Assembly: GCF_039654945.1 (NCBI RefSeq)
Contig: NW_027361752.1
Coordinates: 7,006,001-7,070,000, forward strand
Direction of reading: 5' to 3'
DNA: 64,000 nt
Source: Dendrobates tinctorius
Taxonomy: Eukaryota
The notes beneath the pieces were generated by a model. It worked only from the letters and a program-made list of their open reading frames with translations, did no database searches and had not been told where the DNA came from. The translations under genes and the position numbers were made by a program. Shown here one piece after another: positions 12,380 through 27,985 of this stretch (within the stretch, counting starts at the first letter, position 1; each line of letters opens with the position of its first letter).

Positions 12380-12565
12380 AGCACGGTGGCTCAGTGGTTA
12401 GCACGGTTGCTTTGCAGTACTTTGTATGTTCTCCCCGTGTTTGTGTGGGTTTCCTCCGGGTTCTCCGTTTTCCTCCAATACTCCAAAGACATACTGATAG
12501 GGAATATAGATCGTGAGCACCAATGGGGACAGTGACGGTAATGCCTGTAAAGCGCTGCGGAATAG
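12380..12565 (+). mobile_element. tRNA-derived V-SINE-like element with L2-type tail, internally deleted
   Basis: A-box head gcacggtggctcagtggttagcac, V-SINE-like core tgttctccccgtgtttgtgtgggtttcctccggg, tail tgtaaagcgctgcggaata matching the L2 3' end. Confidence 0.7.
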
Positions 12566-13099
12566 GAGAGAGGTAAATTTTTAAATAGTTTTATACCTTC
12601 CCACCCCCCATATTGTACCTATTTGAGTTGTGAATTTCCGTGTGGAAGACAACTGCCACCTGGGCCAATACGGGGCACAAACACTTCCACTGTTCTAACC
12701 CTGACATGCAACTGTCAGTGCACAAACCGGCACAACCGGTCTGCTCCATCTGTCTCCTTACAATAATTGACCATTAACCATTTTTTAAAAGCGCACTAAA
12801 GTAAATAATGCAGGCTACTTCCATCTTTTAACAGGTACAATACAGCACAGATGTAGCAGAGCTGAACCTGGGATTTACACATCTACCTGTAATACATATT
12901 TTCTAATGATGGACCCCACCCTTTATAGGTCAAAGGCTCAGTCAGGATTTATTTGATGTTACATGGAAGTCGTTGGTACTCTGTGGCAGCTGGACGAGAG
13001 CAAGCTTCCTAGGCCTACACGTGAATGCCACCATCCTGGACGCCTATGGCATTTAAAAGGCAAAACACGTTACAGGGGCATCAAACACCCGAGGAGCCC

Positions 13100-14875
13100 A
13101 TCAATGCCGACATCGGAGAAAGTCCACCGATGGAGAAGAGGAGCCAGGATGGCCGACATCAGAGGAAGTTCACAGATGGAGCAGAGGAGCCAGGAGTGCC
13201 TGCATAAGAGAAGTCCACAAGTGGAGCAGAGGATCCAGGAGTGCCGGCATCAGAAGAAGTCCACAGATGGAGCAGAAGAGCCAGGAGTGCCAGCATCGGA
13301 GGAAGTCCACAGATGGAGCAGAAGAGCCAGGAGTGCCAGCATCGGAGGAAGTCCACAGATGGAGAAGAGGAGCCAGGAGTGCCTGCATAAGAGAAGTCCA
13401 CAGATGGAGCAGAGGATCCAGGAGTGCCGGCATCAGAAGAAGTCCACAGATGGAGCAGAAGAGCCAGGAGTGCCAGCATCGGAGGAAGTCCACAGATGGA
13501 GCAGAGGAGCCAGGAGTGCCGGCATAAGAGAAGTCCACAGATGGAGCAGAGGAGCCAGGAGTGCCTGCATAAAAGAAGTCCACAGATGGAGCAGAGGAGC
13601 CAGGAGTGCCGGCATAAGAGAAGTCCACAGAAGGAGAAGAGGAGCCAGGTCTGCCGGCATAAGAGAAGTCCACAGATGGAGCAGAGGAGTGGCCGGCATC
13701 AGAAGAAGTCCACAGATGGAGCAGAGGAGCCAGGAGTGCCGGCATCAGAAGAAGTCCACAGATGGAGCAGAGGAGCCAGGAGTGCCTGCATAAGAGAAGT
13801 CCACAGAAGGAGAAGAGGAGCCAGGTCTGCCGGCATAAGAGAAGTCCACAGATGGAGCAGAGGAGTGGCCGGCATCAGAAGAAGTCCACAGATGGAGCAG
13901 AGGAGCCAGGAGTGCCGGCATCAGAAGAAGTCCACAGATGGAGCAGAGGAGCCAGGAGTGCCTGCATAAGAGAAGTCCACAGATGGAGAAGAGGAGCCAG
14001 GTCTGCCGGCATAAGAGAAGTCCACAGATGGAGCAGAGGAGCCAAGAGTGCCGGCATTGGAGGAAGTCCATAGATGGAGCAGAGGAGCCAGGAGTTCCGG
14101 CATCGGAGGAAGTCCACATATGGAGCAGAGGAGCCAGGAGTGCCGGCATCGGAGGAAGTCCACAGATGGAGCAGAGAAGCCAGGAGTGCCTGTATAAGAG
14201 AAGTCCACAGATGGAGCAGAGGAGCCAGGAGTGCCTGCATAAGAGAAGTCCACAGATGGAGAAGAGGAGCCAGGAGTGCCGGCATAAGAGAAGTCCACAG
14301 ATGGAGCAGAGGAGCCAAGAGTGCCGGCATTGGAGGAAGTCCATAGATGGAGCAGAGGAGCCAGGAGTGCCAGCATCGGAGGAAGTCCACATATGGAGCA
14401 GAGGAGCCAGGAGTGCCGGCATCGGAGGAAGTCCACAGATGGAGCAGAGAAGCCAGGAGTGCCTGTATAAGAGAAGTCCACAGATGGAGCAGAGGAGCCA
14501 GGAGTGCCGGCATCGGAGGAAGTCCACAGATGGAGCAGAGGAGCCAGTAGTGGCCGGCATTGGAGGAAGTCCACAGATGGAGCAGAGGAGCCAGGAGTGC
14601 CGGCATCGGAGGAAGTCCACAGATGGAGCAGAGAAGCCAGGAGTGCCTGTATAAGAGAAGTCCACAGATGGAGCAGAAGAGCCAGGAGTGCCGGCATCGG
14701 AGGAAGTCCACAGATGGAGCAGAGGAGCCAGTAGTGGCCGGCATTGGAGGAAGTCCACAGATGGAGCAGAGGAGCCAGGAGTGGCCGGCGTCAGAAGAAG
14801 TCCACAGATGGAGCAGAGGAGCCAGGAGTGCTGGCATCAGAGGAAGTCCACAGATGGAGCAGAGGAGCCAGGAGT
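13100..14875. repeat. 46-bp purine-rich minisatellite (about 1.8 kb)
   Basis: gaagtccacagatggagcagaggagccaggagtgccggcatcggag tandem copies. Explains the overlapping repetitive ORFs. Confidence 0.95.
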
Positions 14876-15569
14876 ACCACAGAATCCTGTTACGATTGTC
14901 ACTTGTTGTGTGAAGCAAGTTAGAAAATATTTAAAAAAATGAATAAATAAAATATATCAATAAAAAAGGGGCTCATAATAGATACGTGCACAAATGGAAA
15001 CACATTCGAAATACAATGGTTGCATCCTGTACATCACAAAAAAAAAAAAAAAAAAAAAACCTGTGTGAAGCTGGCCTGCAATGTATGAGGAAATATAAAC
15101 TGATCTACGTACACTGCCTTTTGGCTTGTCACATTTTTGTGACCATGTGTGTGTTTTTTTCCTGGGTATTGCACTTTCAGTATTTTCTCTTGTAATCTTC
15201 TATATAGGACATAGAAAAACACATACAGAAAACAACAAGTAAAGGAAAAAAAAAAAAAAGGCATAAAGATAAAAAGTCAAGGAAGAGAGTGCTAAATGTT
15301 TTTGGGTTCATCGTTAATCTGCAGTCCTATTTTAAACCCACAGTATGGCTTCACAGTGAGCTGTGCTATAATAAGCTCTGCTCCATCTGTAAATATGCAA
15401 ATAAGCAGATACTAAAGGTATGTGGAATAAGCATGTGCCACCCAGAGCTTACATGGAAGCAGAACAACAACATTCTTCCTTTGTAAGCAGCAGACCATGG
15501 AGCGCCCTGCTGAGTGCTGACTGGCTGTATACCGGCTGCTGCCACTCCTCTGTATACCGGCGGACACTC

Positions 15570-15738
15570 CTCTATATAGCAGCACAGGAGCAGACTCTTG
15601 GCTCACACACAGCTCACGCTGCATGATCTGCGCCTGATGGAAAGCACTGGCCCCGGACCCAGCTGGACCAGAGGGACACGGTGACTTACAGTATGGACTC
15701 ACACTGCACAAACTGAGGACGACGTCCCGGAGGTAAGA
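15570..15738 (+). promoter_or_regulatory. Candidate STX19 TATA-like promoter and non-coding exon 1
   Basis: CTATATAG at about 15572, followed about 160 nt later by a strong donor CCGGAG|GTAAGA at 15732, in non-repetitive sequence. The STX19 coding exon starts with an acceptor, so an upstream exon is required. Confidence 0.35.
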
Positions 15739-17198
15739 CAGTGGGGCGTCTCGTAAACTTACTGGGGGTCTGCACAGAGAGAAATACAGAATACATTTAG
15801 TTCTGCAGAGGTGAACTAAAACTCTACCTTATCTATAGGCAATGCAAACTATTGTTCCCCTTTATCAGCCACTTAAAGCCAGCGAGGGTGACTGTAGTGG
15901 GACAACCAGCACAGACACTGTCCTGTCCCAATAAGCAGTGACTTCTCGCCAGTTCTGACATCTTCCAGAGACGTCATGTTCTCATAAGCGACTACTGTCC
16001 ATTAAGGGGCATGTGATGAGGATTCGCCTCCCTGTGACGTGCTAATATCAGTAATAATAGTTACACCATGTGCAAACTGCACTCCAGCTGTAAAACTACA
16101 ACTCCCTACATGCATTGTAACTGTAAGGGAACGCTGGGAGTTGTAGTTTTTATAAGAACTAGAGCGGGAAAGGTTGCTGATAAGATGTATCTACAGATAA
16201 GGCCAAGAGCAGCTCCTGTGTGCGCCCCACATGTATTCATGGGACTCTAGTCACCCAATACTGCTTTATGGGATATCATATTCCTTACATTGTTACCATA
16301 TCTGAGAGCGCCATGATATAGAGATACAGACCCTGATTCCTGAGATGTGTCCCTTACTGGACTTCTAGCTGCAGTCTTGACAAAATCACAGTTTTCTCTG
16401 CTGCTAGGGTTCGGCAGACGTAACTCCGCCCACTCAGCAATTTAATTGGTTCCTAGTAAGTGGGCGGAGTTTCTGAAGTTGGCAGGTGGGATTTTGGACA
16501 TCTGAACAGGTATTCAATAGGGATCCATTTAGGTTCCGAAAAGAGCCGGCTCTTTTTAGTAAGCGAAGCCATGAGAGCCAGATCACCAAAAAGAGCCGGA
16601 CTGCCTATCACTATCTGCTGCAGATCTAGCAGTACTCTGAATGCCGAGCTCTGTATAACCCCGCCCACACCACTGATTGGCAGCTGTGTACACTGTGCAG
16701 AAAGCTGCCAATCAGTGGTGGGGGCGGGGTTATAGAGCTCATGTATATGGAGGACTTCATGGCAGCAGATCTACTAGTCCTCTAGTGAGTGAGTGTCTTC
16801 TGCTCATAAAACAGGGATTTTATGAAACTACAGCAATTAGCCTGATAACTGACATATCACTGGAATCAGGGTCTCTGTCCCTACATCATGCTGCTCTCAG
16901 ATTAGATGGCAAAAATTTGGTGACAGATTTCTTTTAAAATATATACAATTTCATCAGTGCTCAATTATGGCCCCATTAATATGGGGTACAAAATTGTATA
17001 GGACCAGTGCTATCAATAAAGCAATCATTCTGTCCCCATACAGCATGCATGTCACCAGCAATACATCCCCTAACACAGGAGTGATGTGCTGCCAGCAAAG
17101 CATCCTTGAATGTCAGAGTCAATTACGGACACTATAGACATGATACAACTTCGTACAATAGCAGCCAAAAGGGCCATGTTAAAGGACCACCTAATATT

Positions 17199-18479
17199 CA
17201 GCCATGACTAAGTGTTGGCACTCTTGAAATTGTTCCAGAAAATCTAGTATTTCTCCCTCAAAATTATTGCAATTACACATGTTTTGTTAGACACGTTAAT
17301 TTCTTTTGTCTGTATTGGAACAACACAAAAACACAGAGATAAAGAGTTAAAAACAACTTTGTGACAAGCATGTGATGATCCTTCAAACTCACTTGTGTGT
17401 GTGTGCCACACTAAGCATGGAGAACAGAAAGAGGAGAAGAGAACTGTCTGAGGACATGAGAATCAAAATTGTGGAAAAATTTCAACTGTCATATTCACAA
17501 GTCCATCTCCAGTGATCTTGATGTTGCTTTGTCCACAGTATGCAACATGATGAAGAAGTTTACAACCCATGGTACTGTAGCTAATCTCCCTGAAAGTGGA
17601 CGGCAGAGAAAAATTGATGAAAGGTTGCAAAGCAGGATAGTCCAGATGGTGGATAAGTCACCCCAATCAAGTTCCAAAGAAATTCAAGCTGTCCTGCAGG
17701 TTCAGGAGGCATCAGTGTCAGAGCAAACTATCCGCTGACATTTGAAGGAAATGAATCGCTATTGCAGAAGACCTAGGAGGACCACATTGCTGACACAGAG
17801 ACATAAAGATAGATTGCACTTTGTCAAAATGTACGAGAGTAAGCCAAAATCCTTCCAAGATAGGGACTTTTAATGAAGCACATCATTCTAATGTTTACCG
17901 GAAACTAAATGAGGCCTACAAAGAAAAACATGGTACTTACAGTCAAATATGGTGGAGTTCCAAATATATTTTGAGGTTGTTTTGCTGCCTCTGGCACTGG
18001 GTGCCTTGACTGTGTGCAAGGCATCACGAAATCTGAAGATCACCAAAGGATTTTGGGTCGTAACGTAGTGCCCAGTGTCAGAAAGCTGGTTATGCGTCCC
18101 AGGTCATTGGATTTCCGGCGGGACAATGACCTCAAACACTTCAAGAAGAACCCAGAAATGGATGGAAACAAAGCGCCGGAGAGCTCTGAAGGGAACAGCA
18201 ATGAATCCGGATCTAAATCCCATTGAACACACCAAAGGGTGTGCAACCAAATAAGTTGAGGGTGCAAACAATTTTGTCTGGCCCATTTTTGGGGTTGTGT
18301 GTGAAATTATGTCCAGTTTCCTTTCCCCCCCCCCCCTCATTCTTTTTGTGCTGTTCCAAAACGCACAAAGGAAATAAACATGTGTATAACAAAACATGTT
18401 TAAATGCAATAATTTTCTGGGAGAAATATTTCATAGTCTGAAGAAATTTCAAGGGTGATAACAGCTTCAGCCAGGACTG
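17199..18479 (+). mobile_element. Old, deleted Tc1-like transposon related to the 20578 element
   Basis: Degenerate TIRs and transposase fragments (KFTTHGTVANLPESGRQRKIDE; KSEDHQRILGRNV) with many stops. Confidence 0.85.
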
Positions 18480-18584
18480 TATGTATGTACTACTTTAAAG
18501 CGTTATTACAAACACTAAAAATTATCAACCACCTATAGCCAGATGAGTCAGATGATTAAGATGATTCGGCTGCCATAATCAGGC

Positions 18585-19366
18585 TGTTACGGTTGCTGTT
18601 ACAGAGTGGAGACGTAGGAACAACCCGGAAGTGGACCCTCTGGGTCACGGCTCCAGAGCCCCCGAGGGCGAGCAGCCCAGGTGAAGCCACCCCTATACAG
18701 GGAGTGTTAGGGGCAGGCTCACGGAGGGTAGAACCGCGACACCCGGAACCAAAGGGGCGACTGGGGCTGAGGCTGAAAAATGAGACACAAAAGAATCCAA
18801 GCTGTTAGGCACAGAGGGACCTGGGGACCATGGAGAATGGACAGCGTACAGGGCACAGAGGACGGTACAGGCTGGAGGCTGCAATAGAGAGTAAGGCACA
18901 GGTAAAACACTGGATGGGAGTCAAGGCAGACGACAGGCGAACAGAGAAGGTATGAACACTAGGCAGGTAGACGGGAGAGGCAAGACAGGGAAGACGCTGG
19001 GGCGTAAAGCGGGCAAGGAAAGGCAGAAGGTGCAGGGAGAGAGCTACCAGAGGTAGCGCAATTAGAGGCAAAGAAACGAGGCAAGGCCTGGGACACAACG
19101 AGCGCTGACACGGGGACAGCGTCCCCGCGATCGATAGTCAGGCGTCTTACCTGGCCAGACGCTGATCCTAAGTAGTCAGTGGGCGCCGCCATGTTGGGAG
19201 TGGCGCCACCGCGTCATCGCTCCCAGGGGCCTGAGCGCCAGGATCCACACAGTGCGCATGCGTCCGACGCAGACACACCCAGAATTCGGGCGCGGGGACG
19301 CGGTGGGCAGCAGGAGCACGCCGGGAGGTGCGCGCAACGGAACGGGCAGCAGGAGGGACCATGACA
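18585..19366. mobile_element. Probable solo LTR (Gypsy-like)
   Basis: TGTTAC...ATGACA ends, GC-rich and purine-skewed body. TSD is imperfect. Confidence 0.45.
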
Positions 19367-20577
19367 GTGGCATTTCTGATATCCATATATCACACTTCCT
19401 GTGTAACTGTATGGACGGGGAACCGCGGTGAGGCACTACTAGCGTTAAGTTCCTTATCTTCTCACATTAATAATGATGTCATTTATAGCCTGTGAGTGTT
19501 TATAATGACGCTGATTTTGAATACTTACATATACGTGGGCCAGTGATCTTATGATTTCAGGACCATAAGTATATATCTTTTTCACCTCTACTAGCCTGTG
19601 GGCTTTGATTGGGCTTAACTGAGGAATAGAGGGGAAAGCCAATGACTAGTGGGGGCATTAGTCAATTATATCATAGGGTGTCAGGCGGCATCAGAAAGAA
19701 ATAAGATGATCCAGGGAACAATTAGGGTAAAATATCTTATTTTCATATGAAGATTTATCAACCCCATGCTCTGAACACCCTTTTATACCTGTGCTCCCTG
19801 CATTACTTGCACCTTTAGTATTAATCCAGTGATATACAGTATAAACTATGACATGTGTCCCGGCACCAGTTAGTTCTATATGGACTGGTGACTCCAATAT
19901 ATGCTTCATAAAACACGATGTACTACAAGACTATTACTTTATCCCTTTTACCTGACCTGTATTTCTACCTCCCCTTAAGGTATAATAGGGCTATATAGGG
20001 TGAGGGAGGGAGAGCGGTTGATGAGCAAGGGCGCCAATCTCATATCTCTCAGGGCGCCAACCTCCGCTATCAGGTAGTACCACAATAGGTAACAAGACAG
20101 GGATTACTAGGAGGTATTTTGATCTTGCTATCTATATATGGTGGTCTTGTTCACTCTGCGTAAGAACACAATTGTTCCTTTGGTGAAGACCCTTCTGTTG
20201 ACCATTTTTGCTACACTGGGAATAGGGGTTTTTCAGTCTATATTAAAATAAAAATTGATTTTTAAGGGAATAGATGTTCACAAATGTTAATTTACTTCTC
20301 TAGTTTATTTAACAAGTTACATTGATTCCCATTTTCCTTTGCTGCCAGTCAGGCCTGCATGCGAAACACCTCAGCTCTGCCCATTAGCACATTGTGCCTT
20401 CTTTCCTCATAGCAATCAATCATGGCACAATTTTCATTTTTCCAGACCAGTTTAAAACATACAAGCTGGCCTCTGCTATGGGCATCACAGCCAGCATTTC
20501 TGTTGGCGAGGAGGGATAGATCTGTGTGACATTGTATGTATGGCGAGGAGGGATAGATATGTCTGACATTGTATGTA

Positions 20578-22188
<1,611 letters not shown>

Positions 22189-22605
22189 TATGGGTGAGGT
22201 AGGATAGATCTGTCTGACATTGTATGTATGGTGAGGCGGGATAGATCTGTCTGACATTGCATGTACGGGTGAGGCGGGATAGATCTGTCTGAGATTGTAT
22301 GTACGGGTGAGGCGGGATAGATCTGTCTGACATTGTATGTACGGGTGAGGCGGGATAGATCTGTCTGACATTGTATGTACGGGTGAGGCGGGATAGATCT
22401 GTCTGACATTGTATGTACGGGTGAGGCGGGATAGATCTGTGACATTGCATGTACGGGTGAGGCGGGATAGATCTGTCTGACATTGTATGTACGGGTGAGG
22501 CGGGATAGATCTGTCTGACATTGTATGTACGGGTGAGGCGGGATAGATCTGTCTGACATTGTACGTATGGGTGAGATAGGAGAGATCTGTCTGACATGGT
22601 ACGTA
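22189..22605. repeat. 38-bp minisatellite (further copies at 20505-20577, split off by the Tc1 insertion)
   Basis: gggtgaggcgggatagatctgtctgacattgtatgtac tandem copies on both sides of the transposon. Confidence 0.92.
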
Positions 22606-22970
22606 TGCCTTTCTGTAGTGCAGCTCACACAAAGCTACAGTGGGTAAGATGCCATGATGGAAACCGACACGGAGGCAGAAATCAGCTTCACCAGACCCTT
22701 TATTGTCGGTAGTTGTTCTAGAGAATAAGCTGCTGGGTTACCCCACAATTAGCAGGGGGCTCCATAGTAATAATCGATAGTCTGTATAATGGGGGTCTGC
22801 TAGGAAGCCTCTGAGGCAGGGACCTCTGTGATAGCTGAGTAAACCCTCTGTTACCTCAGAACTCCCAGTGAGGTCTTAACAGGGGAAGCAAAATGGCTGC
22901 CAGTGTGTGTGACAGATCTTTTATTACTGTTACTGAAGTAACCTTAACCACCGGCAACACGAGACACTGA

Positions 22971-23914
22971 GGCTGGGTTCACACGTAGCGGAACTCTCGC
23001 GGAAATTACAGCGAGAGTTCCGGAATTCCATTCCGTGGGAAAATCGTATTTTAAATTCCCGCGATTTTCCCGCGGAAAAACTAGCATTTTGCAAGCGTAA
23101 TTAGCTTGCAAAAAGCTAGCGTTTTCCAAGCGATCTGTAGCATCACTTGGAGAACTGATTGACAGGTTGGTTACACTCGTCAAACATAGTGTTTGACGAG
23201 TGTGACCAACTTTTTACTACTGAGGCCGCCTATGCGGCATCAGTAGTAAAAGATAAAATGTAAAAAAATTTTAAAAAATGGTGTTATTCTTACCTTCCAA
23301 CGTCCCGCGCAGCCTTCCCGCCTCTCTCCACGCTCCCGTTCCCAGTAATCCTTTGCGAAAATGCCCACGATGACGTATGTTCTTGCGGAATAGCGACGTC
23401 TCGCGGTAATTCGCGATGACTTCGCGCGAATGACAACGAGACTTCGCGATCCCGTGAGAACGGACGCCATTGCGGGCATTTTCGCAAAGGCTTACTGGGA
23501 ACGGGAGCGTGGAGAGAGGCGGGAAGGCTGCGCGGGACGTGGGAAGGTGAGAACAACAATATTTTTTATTTTAAATTCTATTTTTTACAGGGATATGGTA
23601 CCCAAAGCCCGGAGGACAGTCTCCTCTCCTCCGGACCGTGGGTACCATCCGCAATTGTTCTGCTTACTTTTCGCATGGTGTGCACAGCCACATGCGGGAA
23701 GTAAGCGGAACAATGCATTCCTATGGGTGCGGGATCGCCGCGATTCCGCAAAATTAATGAGCATGCTGCGTTTACCGCAAAGCGATTCCGCCGCGGTAAA
23801 AACCGCAGCATTTCGGAATCCCATAGGAAGCTTATTTTTCGCGTTTTCACGGCAAATTCGCGCGGTTAAAACCGCCACGGAAATGCGAAAAAAACGCCAC
23901 GTGTGAACTCCGCC
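22971..23914. mobile_element. Harbinger-type non-autonomous element with internal palindrome
   Basis: TIR GGCTGGGTTCACACGT / ACGTGTGAACTCCGCC, TGA TSD, internal hairpin at about 23290-23550. Confidence 0.75.
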
Positions 23915-24248
23915 TGACAGGAGGCCTCTATGCGAAACACAAGGCTTTCTCTGGGGGGTTTCAGAGGAATCATATGAGGTATTGGTTGCCCACGGCAACC
24001 AATCATGGCACTGCATTCATTTTAAAAGAGCACTAAAAGAAATAAAAGCCGTGATGTGATTGGTTGCTACAGGCAACAATAACATCACCGTGTGTGAGTC
24101 CCAGGCCCGGGGAGGTGTCCGCTGGTTGGCTTCCTCTGACTTCTCGCCTCCCACCATGGCCTGATTGACAGCTCTCCATATACACAAGTTGGAAGGGACT
24201 ATGTAATCACACTGAGCCAGGATGAAATGCTGCAGCATTACAGAGTAA

Positions 24249-24447
24249 GACCGGGATCACACACACATGAGAAACACGGCCGAGTCTCGCATGTTAATAC
24301 CCAGCACTGCCACTAGCACTCAGGAGCGGAGAGTGCGGCCGCATAGGCAATACATGGAGCCGCACACTCCGCTCCCGAGTGCCGGCGGCAGTGCTGGGTA
24401 TTAACATGCGAGACTCGCCCGTGTTTTTCGCATGTGTGATCCCGGTC
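24249..24447. mobile_element. Short palindromic Harbinger-type MITE (related copy at about 63147-63337)
   Basis: gaccgggatcacaca...tgtgatcccggtc. The whole element folds back on itself. Confidence 0.65.
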
Positions 24448-25535
24448 CAATTCCCACACTGGTATCAGATACCTGTTGGCCGCGGCCATTTCTCCCATAC
24501 ACAGGCATGCTCAGCCATGCTCCTGTGTTCTCTGTAGGAGACACTTCTCTCATCTCCTATGAATACTATGATCGGCCACTGAACTTCACCCGGCCGGCTC
24601 CTTTTCTGCCCTAACATCATGAGTCGGAGAAGCGTCAGGAGACCCCCATGCATGAAAGTCCATATATCACAGTCCAAGTACGAACTGCAATTCTTGGCCT
24701 GATGGCGGCTCTCCTGACACAAACTCAACTGCCTCATCCAGTTCACGGGAAAAACGCGAAAAAAAAAAAAAAAACACTGTGTGTGAACCCTGTCATGATG
24801 CATCAAGCACTTGTATTTGGTTTGGACAGTCATTCTGTGCTGGCGGAGTCCATATAAATGCACTAAACTGCACCTCACACATCTATTTTCATTGATTGCC
24901 TTTTTCTGGTTCTATAAAGCCAGAGCAGAGATAAGAGAAAAGCAAGCAGGTGAGAAGGTGATCTGAACCACTGGGCCACACCAAGGGTGCACCTTGTGCC
25001 TGTACTGGGATTAAACAGTCATTCTGTGCTGACAGACTCCCTTTGAAACCGTATTGGGGTGTATTTCATGCTGTAAATAGGGCAGCATGGAGCTCCTGAG
25101 AGGTTCTCTGTAAAGGGCCTGCCCGGGGGCCCAGTAAGGGATGTGGAGCCTCTCAGCCGGAGTCCTAGGTATTTTGGCAGAAGACTATGCTTGTATCTGG
25201 CATAGTGAAATTAGAATATCTCACAAGTTTACTTTCACATGCCCTTCAACTGAACTTTATTCTGAGTCACCAGCGACTGCCAGAATATCATAATCCAACA
25301 TATTACTTGTTGCGGAGAGAGGGGGTGGGGAAGTTTTATAAAAAGTTGCTGTTTTTTTGTTTGCAACACTTTTTTCTACTTCCAATCGATTCAGTGAGAA
25401 AATATGGAGCAATTCAGGCTGAAGAGGAGAAAAAAAAAAAAAAGTGCGGGGAGAAAGGGAACAGAAAAAAAAAAAACAAAAAAAAAACAAAAAAAAGAAA
25501 ATCACAGCACTATAGAACCTTTCAGTTGACATTAA

Positions 25536-26457
25536 GGCTGTGTGCCCACGTTGCGTTTAAGCATTTTTGCCGCGATTTTCGGCGCGAAAACGCTTAAAAA
25601 AAACTCATACTGAACACACCCCATGCATTCCTATGGCATTCTACACATGCTGTGCTAATGATGAGTTTTTTTCCGCGGCGGAATCGCATGACGGAAAAAA
25701 ATGCAGCATGCTCATTCTTTTTGCGGAATTGCCGCGATTCTGCACCCATAGGAATGCATGAGATCTGCTTACTTCCCGCATGTGGCTATGCCCACCATGC
25801 GCAAAGTGAGCGTCTCATGTGCGGATGGTACCCACGGTGTGGAGGAGAGGAGACTGTCCTCCAGGCCCTGGGTACCATATCCCTGTAAAGAAAAAAAAAA
25901 AAAATACAAAAAAAATACAAAAAAAAGAAAAAAAAAAAAAATTGGGTTATATTCACCTTCCGGCGTCCCGCGCAGCCTTCCCGAGCCTCAGCAATGCTTC
26001 CGTTCCCAGTAATGCCTTGCGGCAGCGGCAAGGGCCTGTGATGACGTGAGTCCGCTACAGTATAGCGAGACCTTGTCATCAAAGGTCTCTTCGATACTGT
26101 AACGGTGTCGCGTGACTCACGTCATCACAGTTCCTTGCCAATGCCGCAAGGCATTACTGGGAACGGAAGCATCGCTGAGGCCCGGGAAGGCTGCGCGGGA
26201 CGCCGGAAGGTGAATATAACCCGATTTTTTATTTTTTTATTATTTTTAACATTCTATCTTTTACTATTGATGCCGCATAGGCAGCCTCAATAGTAAAAAG
26301 TTGGTCACACTTGTCAAACACTATGTTTGACGAGTGTGACCAACCTGTCAATTGCTTTCCAAACGATGCTTCAAATCGCTTGGAAAAAGTGCTTGAATTC
26401 CGCACTTGAAAATCGTGGCAAAAACGCGAAAATAACCGTGGGGGGGGGGGGGGGGGG

Positions 26458-26496
<39 letters not shown>

Positions 26497-26572
26497 GCCT
26501 AGAAAACGCGCGGAAAAAACGCGCATTTTCTGGGAAGGAGTCCGGTTTTAAACGCTACGTGGACACATAGCC
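25536..26572. mobile_element. Harbinger-type non-autonomous element sharing its internal sequence with the 22971 element in opposite orientation
   Basis: TIR GGCTGTGTGCCCACGT / ACGTGGACACATAGCC, TAA TSD, internal palindrome at about 25950-26220. Confidence 0.75.
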
Positions 26573-26676
26573 TAAAAGTAAGCCTATTTAAATGAGCATT
26601 CTAAAGTAAGTCTGTTAGTCTAAACCAAGCACCTAGCCTTGTAGGGGACATAGCCCCCATAACATGTGCACCTTTA

Positions 26677-27055
26677 GGCTGTGTGCACACGATGCAGATT
26701 TGCCGCGGTTCCGCAGCGGATTTTACCGCGCAGAAACGTTGCATTTCTGCATTGTGATGTACAGTAGCCTTAAAATGAATGTAAAAAAAAAAAAAAAAAA
26801 ACGCTGTGCAGACGCTGCGGATTTTTCCGCGGTAAAAAATCCGCAGCATGTTACTTCTTTTGTGCGGTTTTCCATCTCCCCTGTCACCAAATCCGCAGGG
26901 GGAAAACCGCGATGGAAAACCGCACAAAAAACGCATGAAAACCGCATGAAAAATGGAAGAAATCCGCAGGAAAAATGCAGGTCATTTGACCTGCGGATTT
27001 CTTCCATTCTGCACGGAAAAATCCGCAGGGCCAAAAAGTCCGTCTGCACACAGCC
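26677..27055. mobile_element. Harbinger-type MITE
   Basis: GGCTGTGTGCA...TGCACACAGCC, TTA TSD. Confidence 0.75.
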
Positions 27056-27889
27056 TTAGTGTTCTAACCTCTGCCATAGTTGTGCAGAAAATTAAGGGTG
27101 TTCAGTGCATCCTTAGTGTTCTCCATATCTGCACCTGCTTCACTGGTGATTGACAGCGCTGGCTTACCTGAGCGTCTTGCTGCAGATAGAAGGAAATAGG
27201 AGGCTGCGCATCCATGTGGTTTATTCTGACGAAGAGGTTGGATAAGCTCAAAACGGGTAGATCCACACCATGGAGTAAAAAGCATTTTTTTTTTTAACCT
27301 TTTTGACCCTCAGAATCCTTCTGTGGGACATCGCCAGGAGCACATGAAAAGCCGCCCTATTTCCCTCTACTATCGCCTGGTCTGTGACCCTCGGTTGTGG
27401 CAGCTGGTATATGAGTGTTCATGGTTGCAATTGCAACAATACAAAGGTCAGCAATCATACTGTCCCTTATCCCTTTTCACAGATAAAACCCTATTTGCTC
27501 CACAGCTTCATCTGTTTTCCTACAGATAGCGTTCACTCCAGGCAAGGAAGTTCTGTTTCTGATCAGTGGGCACAGAGTTGTTTAGCCACACCAAGGGTAC
27601 AACAAGCATCCTAATATTAGGACATCTGATTTAACTCAACTTTCTACTGAATAAAGGCAGTGACTAGGACACTCATTCCCTGAAGTGTATACTGGAGTAA
27701 GAAGCGACATTGAAAGGAACATATGCCAGTTCTTCTTCCAATTTATGCAAATTTTGTGCAGTAAATTATGATGAATTTGGTGGGTGTTTTCAGAGACAGG
27801 ACTGCAGTAAAAATGGCAAAAATAATGCAACATTTAAGGCAGTTTTAAAGAAAACTGGTCTAAACTACTTGATGAATTAGTCTCTTAAG

Positions 27890-27985
27890 TAGGGCTGTGG
27901 AGTCGGTAAGCCAAACCTCCGACTCCTCAATTTCCATGACACCGACTCCACCAAGATGGGCTCCGACTCGGACTCCACAGCCTTA
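27890..27985. mobile_element. 96-bp hAT-type MITE (longer relative at about 52226-52493)
   Basis: TAGGGCTGTGGAGTC / GACTCCACAGCCTTA TIRs, perfect 8-bp TSD CTCTTAAG. Confidence 0.8.

Noticed and set aside
12963-14942. Many overlapping repetitive ORFs
   Set aside because: Translations of a 46-bp minisatellite on both strands.
16090-16150. ZNF143-like ACTACAACTCCC motif pair
   Set aside because: Forms a small palindrome typical of a frog MITE. This is also a caveat for the similar motif at 48942.
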